A stretch of DNA of 64,000 nt from Caulobacterales bacterium (GTDB lineage Bacteria; Pseudomonadota; Alphaproteobacteria; Caulobacterales; Caulobacteraceae), in contig JBBSCK010000001.1 in the NCBI GenBank assembly GCA_038250335.1, forward strand, positions 625-64,624, read 5' to 3'. The position numbers and the translations under genes were made by a program. Positions 1 to 7,958 of this stretch are shown here, in pieces. Numbering within the stretch: position 1 is the stretch's first letter; every line of letters begins with the position of its first letter. The notes under the pieces were generated by a model. The model did no database searches and was not told the origin of the DNA. It saw nothing but the letters and a program-made list of their open reading frames with translations.

Positions 1-55
1 TCAGGCGGCGGCCCAGACCGATCATGGGCAGCGAGTTCGGATCGATGAAGGTCAT
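1..55 (-). CDS. 5' end of an unidentified CDS running off the left edge (MTFIDPNSLPMIGLGRRL...)
   Basis: ATG at 55..53 overlaps the TGA at 54..52 of the upstream ORF (ATGA coupling). The frame stays open to the window edge. Only 18 codons are visible, no family is recognisable, and it does not look like a PheT N-terminus. Confidence 0.25.
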   Translation of the reverse strand, partial: MTFIDPNSLPMIGLGRRL

Positions 56-447
56 GCCGGGGTTGCCGCCGTCCGGACGTGGCCGCTGAAGTTTTCGATG
101 AAGCCCTCGGGACCGGTGAAGCTGATCATGGCGAACCGGCACTGGATAAAGCGGCACTGGAAGAAGCCGACCGCGCCGACGACCTTGGGGCCGACGCCGC
201 GCAGCAGCAGGCTCTTCGGGTCCTCGGCGTAGCCCATGTTGCAGTCCTCGAATGTGGTCCCGTTCAAGGCCAGGATCACACCGGGCCCCTCGATCAGACA
301 GTCCTCGAACACCTTGTTTTCGATCACGGACAGGCCGGCGTTGAAATGCACGACCGCGAACTGGGGCAGCCAGATCGCGGTCTTCTCGAACCGGGTCCTG
401 TCGATCAGCGCCTGGTGTTCCGGCGACGGCGGGGTTGAGGCGGTCAT
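52..447 (-). CDS. hypothetical small protein (131 aa), possibly beta-helix-like
   Basis: ORF track 52..621 trimmed to the internal ATG at 447, 14 nt after the pheS stop. Codons are GC3-rich as in neighbouring genes. It has repeated FEDC-containing segments (VFEDCLIEG..., TTFEDCNMG) and FFQCRFIQCRF. No family recognised. Confidence 0.6.
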   Translation of the reverse strand: MTASTPPSPEHQALIDRTRFEKTAIWLPQFAVVHFNAGLSVIENKVFEDCLIEGPGVILALNGTTFEDCNMGYAEDPKSLLLRGVGPKVVGAVGFFQCRFIQCRFAMISFTGPEGFIENFSGHVRTAATPA

Positions 448-461
448 GCTGTGTCCTGAGT

Positions 462-1538
462 CTAGCTGAGGCCCGAGGCCGGGTTGGGCGCGGCGAAGGC
501 CGAGAAGCCGTAGTGGTCCAGCCAGCGGACATCGGCCTCGAACATCGGCCGCAGGTCCGGCACGCCGTATTTCAGCATCGCCATCCGGTCCACGCCCATG
601 CCGAAGGCGAAGCCCTGCCATTCGTCCGGATCAATGCCGCAGTTCCTCAGGACATTGGGATGCACCATGCCGCAGCCGAGAATTTCCAGCCAGTCGCTGC
701 CCTCGTTCAGCACCAGGTTGCCGCCGGACCGGTCGCAACGGATGTCCATCTCGGCCGAGGGTTCGGTGAAGGGGAAATGGTGGGGCCGGAAGCGGGCGTC
801 GATGCCGTCCAATTCGAAGAAGCGCGCCACGAAGGTTTGCAGCGTCGTCTTCAGATGCCCCATGTGAATGTCCTTGCCGATCACCAGGCCCTCGATCTGG
901 TGAAACATCGGGGTGTGGGTCGCGTCGGAATCCTTCCTGAAGGTCCGGCCGGGCGCAATGATGCGGATCGGTGGCGACTGGTTCATCATGGTGCGGACCT
1001 GCACCGGCGAGGTGTGGGTGCGCAGCACCTTGCGCTCGCCCGTCTCCGGGTCCGGCTTCAGAAAGAAGGTGTCGTGGGTCTCGCGCGCCGGATGTTTGGG
1101 CGGAAAGTTCAGCGCGGTGAAATTGTGGAAATCGTCTTCGATGTCCGGCCCTTCGGCGACGGCGAAGCCCATCTCGGCGAACAGGGCGATCATCTCGTCC
1201 ATCACCTGCAGGGTGGGATGGACCCCACCCTTCCTGCGCGGCCGGGCCGGCAGGGTCAGGTCGATGCGTTCGCCGTGCAGCCGGGCGTCGAGTTCGGCAG
1301 CCTCAAGCGCCGACTTGCGGGCGGCGATGGCGGTCGTGACCCGGTCGCGCAGGCCATTGATGACCGGGCCCTGCTCGCGCCGCTCGTCGGGGCTCATCGC
1401 CCCCATGCCCTTGAGCAGGGCCGAGATCGTTCCGGTCTTGCCCAGGGCCGCTACCCGCACAGCCTCGACCTCGGCCACAGTTGTGGCGGCGGCGATGGTG
1501 TTGATCAGGTCGAGTTCGAGGGCGGCAAGGTCGGTCAT
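462..1538 (-). CDS. pheS: phenylalanine--tRNA ligase alpha subunit
   Basis: ORF 462..1802 trimmed to MTDLAALE (ATG checked at 1538). Class II aaRS motifs are present: [56 protein letters not shown]. Confidence 0.95.
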   Translation of the reverse strand: MTDLAALELDLINTIAAATTVAEVEAVRVAALGKTGTISALLKGMGAMSPDERREQGPVINGLRDRVTTAIAARKSALEAAELDARLHGERIDLTLPARPRRKGGVHPTLQVMDEMIALFAEMGFAVAEGPDIEDDFHNFTALNFPPKHPARETHDTFFLKPDPETGERKVLRTHTSPVQVRTMMNQSPPIRIIAPGRTFRKDSDATHTPMFHQIEGLVIGKDIHMGHLKTTLQTFVARFFELDGIDARFRPHHFPFTEPSAEMDIRCDRSGGNLVLNEGSDWLEILGCGMVHPNVLRNCGIDPDEWQGFAFGMGVDRMAMLKYGVPDLRPMFEADVRWLDHYGFSAFAAPNPASGLS

Positions 1539-1570
1539 GGGGGGTTCGTCTAGCGGGTGGATTGGAAAGC

Positions 1571-1603
1571 AAAAAGCCCCCCGGCGCGAACCGGGGGGCT
1601 TTT
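1571..1603 (-). terminator. intrinsic terminator between rplT and pheS, bidirectional in shape
   Basis: Perfect 9-bp GC stem GCCCCCCGG (1576-1584) / CCGGGGGGC (1591-1599) with a 6-nt loop. It is flanked by A5 (1571-1575) and T4 (1600-1603), so a U-run follows the hairpin on either strand. It lies 25 nt downstream of the rplT stop. Confidence 0.65.
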
Positions 1604-1627
1604 GATCGTTCGGCGGACCGGAAAACC

Positions 1628-1981
1628 CTACTTCAGCGCGTCGCGCACCTTGGCGGCGATGTCCGAGAAGCCGGTGCCGTCCATGGCGATCGCGGCCAGG
1701 ACCTTGCGGTCCAGCTCGATCCCGGCCTTGGACAGGCCGTGCATGAACTGTGAGTAGGTGAAGCCTTCCTGGCGGGCGGCGGCGTTGATGCGCTGGATCC
1801 ACAGGGCGCGGAAGTTGCGCTTGTTGATGCGGCGGTCGCGATAGGCGTATTGCCCGGCGCGGTCCACGGCGGCCTTGGCCGTGCGGATGGTGTTCTTGCG
1901 GCGACCGGAAAAGCCCTTGGCCTGTTCCAGAACCTTCTTGTGACGGGCGTGGGAAACTACGCCCCGTTTGACGCGAGCCAT
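1628..1981 (-). CDS. rplT: 50S ribosomal protein L20
   Basis: [30 protein letters not shown]...[24 protein letters not shown] is an unmistakable L20 sequence. Confidence 0.97.
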   Translation of the reverse strand: MARVKRGVVSHARHKKVLEQAKGFSGRRKNTIRTAKAAVDRAGQYAYRDRRINKRNFRALWIQRINAAARQEGFTYSQFMHGLSKAGIELDRKVLAAIAMDGTGFSDIAAKVRDALK

Positions 1982-2095
1982 GATGTCTATTCCTTCGGAA
2001 GGGCCCTAACGCTTGCGACGCGGTCGCTTGCTGCTTGAGGGCCTCAGTTCAAATTCAATGCGATGAGGTCAGGGGTTCTGCTTGCCGGGCTACGC

Positions 2096-2293
2096 CTACG
2101 CGTAGGGCATGTAGGACTTGATCTTCTTGGCGTCGGCGTCGGCCATGATCTTGGTGCCACGGTTCTGGCGGATGTATTTGGAGTTGTGGCTGATCAAGCG
2201 GTGACGCTTGCCCGCAACCCCGGCCTTGACCTTGCCTGTCGCAGTGAAAGAGAAGCGCTTTTTGGCGCCCGACTTCGTCTTGAGCTTCGGCAT
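2096..2293 (-). CDS. rpmI: 50S ribosomal protein L35
   Basis: [44 protein letters not shown] is a canonical L35 sequence, directly upstream of rplT. Confidence 0.97.
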   Translation of the reverse strand: MPKLKTKSGAKKRFSFTATGKVKAGVAGKRHRLISHNSKYIRQNRGTKIMADADAKKIKSYMPYA

Positions 2294-2453
2294 TTTCCAT
2301 TCCTTTTTGGGCCATTGTCCATCGGGCTGCTGGAGCCCGGGGGATGATGTGGCTGGTTATTCAAAGACCGCCCAGGCATGCCTGTTCGCCCGGCGATCCG
2401 TACGCGAAGGCGCGGCTAGTAGGCGAAGCGGGGCTGAAACGCAAGCGCCATGG

Positions 2454-3698
2454 CTATTCGGCGGGGGCGGCGGCGATCGCGACCCGCCTCACCGCGCGAC
2501 CCGCGTTCAGGGCCATGAACGCGGCCGGGATCATCAGGACAGCCCCCACCGCCAGCGGCCAGTCGTGTCCCAGCCCCGAGAACATGGCCCCGGCCAGGAT
2601 GGGACCGAAGATCCGCCCCGACGAACTGGCCGCCATGTTCAGACCCAGCATGGCCCCCTGCTGGTCCGGCGGGCTGGCGCGCGAGATCATGGCCGAGATG
2701 TTGGGCATGGTCATTGCCATGCCGAACGCACCGACCGCCATCGCCACGGGCACGACCCAGGCCGCTGGCGACAGCATCTGACCCAACAGGCCACAGCCGA
2801 ACAGCAGGCAGCCGGCCGCCAGCACGCGGCTTTCGCCGAACCGGCGCGCCAGCCGTCCGGTGACCATTGCCTGGCAGATCACCGAGACCACGCCCACAGC
2901 CATGAAGGCATAGGCCACCTCGCGCGCGCCCCAGTCATAGCGGGCCCCGGTCCACAGGCCGAAGGTTGATTCCATGCCCGAAAAGCCCGCCATATAGATC
3001 AACGTCACCACGATCACCCGCGAGACCACCGGGTTGGCCGCCGCGTCCCGCACCCCGCTGAGGAAGGGTGTCCTCGCCGGGGGCGAAGCCGAGCGCACGA
3101 GGCTTTCCTTGAGCACGAAGATCACGCCCAGCGCTGCGGCGACGGCCAGACCGCAGGCGGCGAAGATCGGAAGCTGGTACCCCAGCCGCCCCATGTCCTC
3201 CTGGACCAGCAGGCCGCTCAGCCCGGGCCCGACGATGAAGCCGGCCCCGAAGGCGGCCCCGATCAGCCCCATCCGCCCGGCCCGTTTCTCGGGCGGGGTC
3301 ACGTCGGCGACATAGCCCTGGACCGTCGAGACATTGCCCGCCCCCAGCCCGGTGAACAGGCGGATGCCGATGGCCACCCAGATATTGGGGGCGAAGGCCA
3401 GCATCAGATAACCGACGGCGTTGGCGGTCACGGTGATCAGCAGGACCGGCTTGCGCCCGATCCGGTCGGACAGCCGGCCCCAGAACGGTTCGGCGAAGAA
3501 CTGGCCCACCGAATAGGCCGAGAACATCAGCGCCACCTGCCAGGCTTCGGCGTTCAGACTGTCGCCGAAGAAGGGCAACAGAGGCACCACCAGCCCAAAG
3601 CCCACCAGATTGATGAAGACGATGCCGAACAGCACCACCAGGGCCCGCCGGTCGCCGGCATCGGCGGGAGGCTTGGGCGGCGGCGACGTCTGGGTCAT
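2454..3698 (-). CDS. MFS transporter (drug:H+ antiporter / Tet-like family)
   Basis: 414 aa with about 12 hydrophobic segments. MFS signature GRLSDRIGRKPVLL lies after TM2. ATG checked at 3698. Confidence 0.85.
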   Translation of the reverse strand: MTQTSPPPKPPADAGDRRALVVLFGIVFINLVGFGLVVPLLPFFGDSLNAEAWQVALMFSAYSVGQFFAEPFWGRLSDRIGRKPVLLITVTANAVGYLMLAFAPNIWVAIGIRLFTGLGAGNVSTVQGYVADVTPPEKRAGRMGLIGAAFGAGFIVGPGLSGLLVQEDMGRLGYQLPIFAACGLAVAAALGVIFVLKESLVRSASPPARTPFLSGVRDAAANPVVSRVIVVTLIYMAGFSGMESTFGLWTGARYDWGAREVAYAFMAVGVVSVICQAMVTGRLARRFGESRVLAAGCLLFGCGLLGQMLSPAAWVVPVAMAVGAFGMAMTMPNISAMISRASPPDQQGAMLGLNMAASSSGRIFGPILAGAMFSGLGHDWPLAVGAVLMIPAAFMALNAGRAVRRVAIAAAPAE

Positions 3699-3780
3699 CC
3701 CGCCTTCTAGCCGAGCCAGGCCCGCCGGGCGAGAGGCCAGGAGGCCGCGCCGGGCACGAGCCCGAGCGCGTTCGACGAAC

Positions 3781-3875
3781 GCAGTTAGTATATTGAAAAT
3801 GATGCAAAAACTTCAAGAACGGCAAAGCTCACGTTAAGGCCCGACCTCTACCGGTCTCTGGCAAGAGGAGTCTCC
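3781..3875. promoter_or_regulatory. AT-rich divergent promoter region between the MFS gene and the histidine kinase gene
   Basis: This looks like the lowest-GC patch of the window (GTTAGTATATTGAAAATGATGCAAAAACTTCAAGAAC). It contains TTGAA (3793-3797) and TTCAA (3812-3816) inverted arms. An AGAGGAG Shine-Dalgarno precedes the ATG at 3876. No -35/-10 assignment attempted. Confidence 0.3.
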
Positions 3876-5477
3876 ATGGCCCGGATCGGCGATTTTGTGG
3901 ATGCGGTCGAGCCCGTCTCGCCCGAGACCTTCGGGGCCGTGGTGTTCGACCGGTTCCAGCAGGAGCCCAACACCCTCGCAATCGCCGTGGTTGATCCGCA
4001 AGGCCGACCTCTGGGCCTGATCGAGCGCAATGATTTCTGTCTGAAGATGGCGGCGGAGTTTGGTCGGGCGCTCTACGCCCGTCGCCCCGTCTCGAGCCTG
4101 ATGGATGTCAATCCGCCGCTGGCCGAGGCAGATGCGAGCGCTGAGACGTTCTTCCGCACCGTCGACGTGGCTGAGTTGAACATGCTGCTGCGCGGCTTCA
4201 TCGTGGTGCAGGACGGCCGCTATGTCGGCGTCGGTGCCGGGGTTCAGATCCTGCAGGCCGGGTCTGTGCTCTACCGTCAGAAGGCTGAGGACATGAGCGC
4301 CCTGGCCCGCAACCTGGTCGAGGCCGAGGCCGAGGCCCGTGCCTCCAGCCGCGCAAAGTCCGAGTTCCTCGCGGTCATGAGCCACGAAATCCGCACGCCG
4401 CTGAACGGCGTGCTGGGGGTCGCCGGACTGCTGGATCGCAAGCTGGAACAGGCTGAACTACGCCCGTACGTCCAGACCATCCTCGATTCTGGCCAGACAC
4501 TGCTGCGGCTGCTGACCGATGCCCTCGACATGTCGCGCGCCTCTGCCGGCGTGATGAGCATCGACCCGGCCCCGCTGCACCTTGTTGCGCTGGGTGAGGA
4601 TCTGGAGGCCTTGTGGCGGCCGCGGGCGGAGGAGAAGGGCCTGATCCTGACCGTCGCCTGCGATACCGCGGCCCAGGACTGGGTCCTGGGCGACGTTCTG
4701 CGGATCAAGCAATTGCTCAACAACCTGATCGGCAACGCCCTGAAATTCACCGAGGCGGGAGAGGTCGTCGTCTCGATCTCCTCTCGTTTCGAGGACGGTG
4801 CCGTTCGGCTGGATGCCATCGTGGATGACTCGGGTCCGGGCGTGCCCGAGGAGTCGGCGGCGGACATCTTCGAGCCCTTCAACACCGGCCAGGTGAGCCG
4901 CAAGGGTGCCGGCGCCGGTCTGGGCCTGGCCATCTGCCGCCAGATTGTGGATCGCATGGGCGGGGCGGTCGCGGTTGAAAGATCGCCACACGGCGGGGCG
5001 CGCTTTCAATTTACCCTGTCCCTTCCGGCCTGCGGACCCGAACTCCGGGAGGCCGCCACCGCCATCGTCGCGCCGACGCCACATGAGACGCTGCACGTCC
5101 TCGTCGCCGACGACAATCCGACTAACCGGTTCGTTGCCGGCCGGTTGCTGGAGATATTCGGCTGCACCCACGAGATGGTCCAGGACGGGGCCGAGGCGCT
5201 GAAGGCCGCTTCGACGCGTCCCTTCGACCTGATCCTGATGGACATCAAGATGCCGGTGATGGACGGCGTCGCCGCCACGCGCGCCATCCGCGCCCTCCCG
5301 GGCCCCGCCGGGCGAATCCCCATTCTGGCGCTCACGGCCAACGTCGACGCGCGCGACGAGGCAGAATATGTCGCCGCCGGGATGAATGGGGTGGCCCAGA
5401 AACCGATCCAGCCCGATGCGCTGCTGAATGCCATCCGGCTGGCGCTCGGTGCCGGGCCGGTCGCTGCCGCAGCCTGA
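3876..5477 (+). CDS. cytoplasmic hybrid sensor histidine kinase / response regulator with CBS-pair-like N-terminal sensor
   Basis: H-box SEFLAVMSHEIRTPLNG. HATPase N/G boxes NLIGNALKFT and DSGPGV...GAGLGLAICR. C-terminal REC domain (VLVADDNPTNR, DLILMDIKMPVMDG, ALTAN). The N-terminal 150 aa resemble a CBS pair (IAVVDPQGRPLGLIERNDF). No TM segment. Confidence 0.9.
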   Translation: MARIGDFVDAVEPVSPETFGAVVFDRFQQEPNTLAIAVVDPQGRPLGLIERNDFCLKMAAEFGRALYARRPVSSLMDVNPPLAEADASAETFFRTVDVAELNMLLRGFIVVQDGRYVGVGAGVQILQAGSVLYRQKAEDMSALARNLVEAEAEARASSRAKSEFLAVMSHEIRTPLNGVLGVAGLLDRKLEQAELRPYVQTILDSGQTLLRLLTDALDMSRASAGVMSIDPAPLHLVALGEDLEALWRPRAEEKGLILTVACDTAAQDWVLGDVLRIKQLLNNLIGNALKFTEAGEVVVSISSRFEDGAVRLDAIVDDSGPGVPEESAADIFEPFNTGQVSRKGAGAGLGLAICRQIVDRMGGAVAVERSPHGGARFQFTLSLPACGPELREAATAIVAPTPHETLHVLVADDNPTNRFVAGRLLEIFGCTHEMVQDGAEALKAASTRPFDLILMDIKMPVMDGVAATRAIRALPGPAGRIPILALTANVDARDEAEYVAAGMNGVAQKPIQPDALLNAIRLALGAGPVAAAA

Positions 5478-5481
5478 TACG

Positions 5482-5508
5482 AAAAACGCCCCGGCGCGGG
5501 CCGGGGCG
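5482..5508 (-). terminator. intrinsic terminator downstream of infC; the same hairpin also closes the convergent kinase gene
   Basis: Perfect 9-bp stem CGCCCCGGC (5487-5495) / GCCGGGGCG (5500-5508), loop GCGG. On the minus strand a U5 run follows (A5 at 5482-5486 on the plus strand). It sits between the stops at 5477 (+) and 5534 (-). Confidence 0.65.
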
Positions 5509-5533
5509 TCGAAGGGTCTCGAAGGTCGAGGCC

Positions 5534-6055
5534 CTACTTCGGGGCCAGGATCATGATCATCTGGCGGCCTTCCATGCGCGGCGCATATTCGACCTTGGCG
5601 ATCTCGTCGAAATCGGCCTGGACCTTGTTCAGCAGCTTCATGCCCAGTTCGGGGTGGGCCATCTCGCGACCGCGGAACCGCAGCGTCACCTTGACCTTGT
5701 CGCCCTCGTCGAAGAACCGGTGCATGGCCTTGGCCTTCACGTCATAGTCGTGGACGTCGATATTGGGGCGCAGCTTGATCTCTTTCAGCTCGACGACCTT
5801 CTGACGCTTGCGCGCCTCGGCCTTCTTCTTCTGCTCCTGGAAGCGGAATTTGCCGTAGTCGAGGATCTTGGCGACGGGCGGCTCCGACGTCGAGACGATC
5901 TGAACCAGATCCATGCCCGCCTCCTCGGCGGCTTCCAGCGCAGCCGAGGTCGGCATGACCCCCTGCTTCTCGCCGTTCTGATCAATGAGCAGAACGCGCG
6001 GCGCGCGGATATCGTGGTTCATGGGCGGCCCGTCCTTGACGGGCGGCGATTGCAT
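5534..6055 (-). CDS. infC: translation initiation factor IF-3
   Basis: [22 protein letters not shown]...LDLVQI...[19 protein letters not shown]...[14 protein letters not shown]...RFRGREM is a canonical IF-3 sequence. ATG checked at 6055. Confidence 0.95.
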   Translation of the reverse strand: MQSPPVKDGPPMNHDIRAPRVLLIDQNGEKQGVMPTSAALEAAEEAGMDLVQIVSTSEPPVAKILDYGKFRFQEQKKKAEARKRQKVVELKEIKLRPNIDVHDYDVKAKAMHRFFDEGDKVKVTLRFRGREMAHPELGMKLLNKVQADFDEIAKVEYAPRMEGRQMIMILAPK

Positions 6056-6177
6056 CGGACGGCGAATGAGCGTCGTTTCCTTGTGTTTCTGAAGCGGCAG
6101 GCGGGTCGCAGGGAACAGCGCACGGCATCAAGCCGCGTTTCCCCAGATCGACTATATGACCGCGAAACGCCTCTGCT

Positions 6178-7188
6178 TCAAGGCTTGGCCGGGTCCGCTG
6201 CGCCAATCCAGTGATCATGAAGGGCGATGACGGCTTCGAAGACACGATCGATGCCGAGTGCCTCGATCGGTGCGAACTCGCCGCGCACCGGATTGGAGGC
6301 GGCCATGGCCGTGCGCGGACCGCGCGGACCGTACAGCCACCATTCGGTCGGTCCGAACAGGCCCAGCGTCGGTTTGCCGGCGGCGGCGGCCACATGCATC
6401 AGGCCGGAATCGTTGCCCACGAACAGCGCCGCCCGCTCGATGGCGGCCGCCGAGGCCAGGATGTCGCCCCGGCCGACGAAATCGATCCCCTGCTCGCCCG
6501 CAGCCCTGAGCGCGGGGGCCGCCGGGGCATGGTCGCCCGGACCCCCCACCAGCATGAAGCGCCAGCCGGCGAAGCGCGGCTCCGCCTTCAGCAGTTCCAC
6601 CAGCGCACCCCAGCGATCGGCCGGCCAGCTCTTGCCGGGCTGGTGGGCGATCGGGGCCAGGGCGATGACCGGACCCGGCGCGGTCGCCAGTTGCGGGTCG
6701 ATCACGGCGGCGGCCTCGGCCCTGGACCGATCGTCGATGAACAGTTCGGGCTCCAGCGGCGTCGCCGAGCCCATCAGCCGCGAGACCATCTCGACCTTGG
6801 CCAGACCGGTCTCCCAGCGCCGGTTGTAGACCACCCGGCGGTCGGCCCGAAGCGTATAGGCCAGGGCCGAGCCCCGGATGTCGATGACCAGGGCCCAGTG
6901 GGTGCCGACCACCTGTCGCCACAGGTCCAGCCAGTGCCCCGCCGCCTTCTTCTTGTCGAGGACGATGACCCGTTCCACGCCGGGTGCCGAGCGGAAAAAG
7001 GGGGCCGGCGGGCGGCCGCAGGCGACGGTGATCCCGGCTCCCGGGACCTGACGCCCGATCTCGCGGATGATCCCGGACGAGATGACGCAATCGCCGATAC
7101 GATTGGAGGTTACGAACAGGACCTTGCTTGAGGGCACGCGTTTCGCTTTCGCTTCTGCTGGCCCGTTCGCTATCAGGCGCGGCAGCAT
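6178..7188 (-). CDS. glycosyltransferase family 9 (heptosyltransferase-like)
   Basis: ORF 6178..7362 trimmed to MLPRLIANG (ATG checked at 7188). GT9 hallmarks: KVLFVTSNRIGDCV at the N-terminus and FVGNDSGLMHVAAAAGKPTLGLFGPT near the C-terminus. Confidence 0.8.
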   Translation of the reverse strand: MLPRLIANGPAEAKAKRVPSSKVLFVTSNRIGDCVISSGIIREIGRQVPGAGITVACGRPPAPFFRSAPGVERVIVLDKKKAAGHWLDLWRQVVGTHWALVIDIRGSALAYTLRADRRVVYNRRWETGLAKVEMVSRLMGSATPLEPELFIDDRSRAEAAAVIDPQLATAPGPVIALAPIAHQPGKSWPADRWGALVELLKAEPRFAGWRFMLVGGPGDHAPAAPALRAAGEQGIDFVGRGDILASAAAIERAALFVGNDSGLMHVAAAAGKPTLGLFGPTEWWLYGPRGPRTAMAASNPVRGEFAPIEALGIDRVFEAVIALHDHWIGAADPAKP

Positions 7189-7208
7189 CGCGCGAGAGGA
7201 GCCGGACC

Positions 7209-7958
7209 ATGACCGACCAGACCATCCAGCATCTGGCACGCCCCGACGGCGAAACCCTGGCCCTGAAACGCGTGGAGGGCTCCAGCCCCACGGTCCTCTG
7301 GATCGGCGGGTTCCGCTCCGACATGGAGGGCACCAAGGCGCTGGCGCTGGACACCGTGGCAAGGGAGCGGGGCTGGGCCTTTGTCCGTTACGACCATTTC
7401 GCCCATGGCCTGTCGTCGGGCGACTGGCGTCAGGCCACCATCGGCCGCTGGCGCGAGGACGCCATCGCCCTGATCGACAGCCTTGACGGCCCGGTCATCC
7501 TGGTCGGATCCTCGATGGGCGGCTGGATCGCCCTGCTGGCGGCCCTGGCCAGGCCGGACCGGATGGCGGGAGTTGTGCTGATCAATCCGGCCCAGGACTT
7601 CACCGAGCGGCTGATGTGGCCGTCGCTGCCCGATCACGTGCGCCAGGCGATCCTGCGCGAGGGGGAGACGCTGATCAGCGAGGAGGGGCTGGGTGACTAT
7701 GTGCTGACCGCGCGCATGTTCGAGGAGGCCCGTGACTGGCTGCTGCTGGACGGTGCCATTTCGATCGCCGCGCCGGTGCGTGTGCTTCAGGGGCGCGCCG
7801 ACCAGACGGTGCCATGGTCCCATGCGGTGGCGCTGGTCCAGCGGCTGACGGGCGGGAATGTCCGGCTGGACCTGGTCGAGGATGGCGACCATCGCTTGTC
7901 GAAACCGCAGGATCTGGCGCGGTTGGTCGAGGCTGTCGAAAGCCTGAGACGTTCCTAG
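7209..7958 (+). CDS. alpha/beta hydrolase
   Basis: ORF trimmed to MTDQTIQH (ATG checked at 7209). Nucleophile elbow GSSMGG, and late D and H residues (LQGRADQTVP, EDGDHRL). Confidence 0.8.
   Translation: MTDQTIQHLARPDGETLALKRVEGSSPTVLWIGGFRSDMEGTKALALDTVARERGWAFVRYDHFAHGLSSGDWRQATIGRWREDAIALIDSLDGPVILVGSSMGGWIALLAALARPDRMAGVVLINPAQDFTERLMWPSLPDHVRQAILREGETLISEEGLGDYVLTARMFEEARDWLLLDGAISIAAPVRVLQGRADQTVPWSHAVALVQRLTGGNVRLDLVEDGDHRLSKPQDLARLVEAVESLRRS

Noticed and set aside
1-55. Left-edge partial ORF as the start of pheT
   Set aside because: MTFIDPNSLPMIGLGRRL does not resemble PheT N-termini (MKF..SWL...). It was kept only as an unidentified partial CDS.
435-1553. 372-aa plus-strand ORF opposite pheS. 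Similar long antisense ORFs: 10406..12682 (opposite ydbH), 15813..17774 (typA), 17591..18841, 19601..21331, 21267..22337 (hrcA), 24953..26098 (pnp), 26758..28185, 36368..37684 (coaBC), 41007..41948, 42520..43473, 44433..45743, 55400..56854 and 61127..62452 (hemE)
   Set aside because: Each lies opposite a gene with a confidently recognised family. None has a recognisable domain. They reflect GC-rich codon position 3 suppressing stops in the reverse frames.
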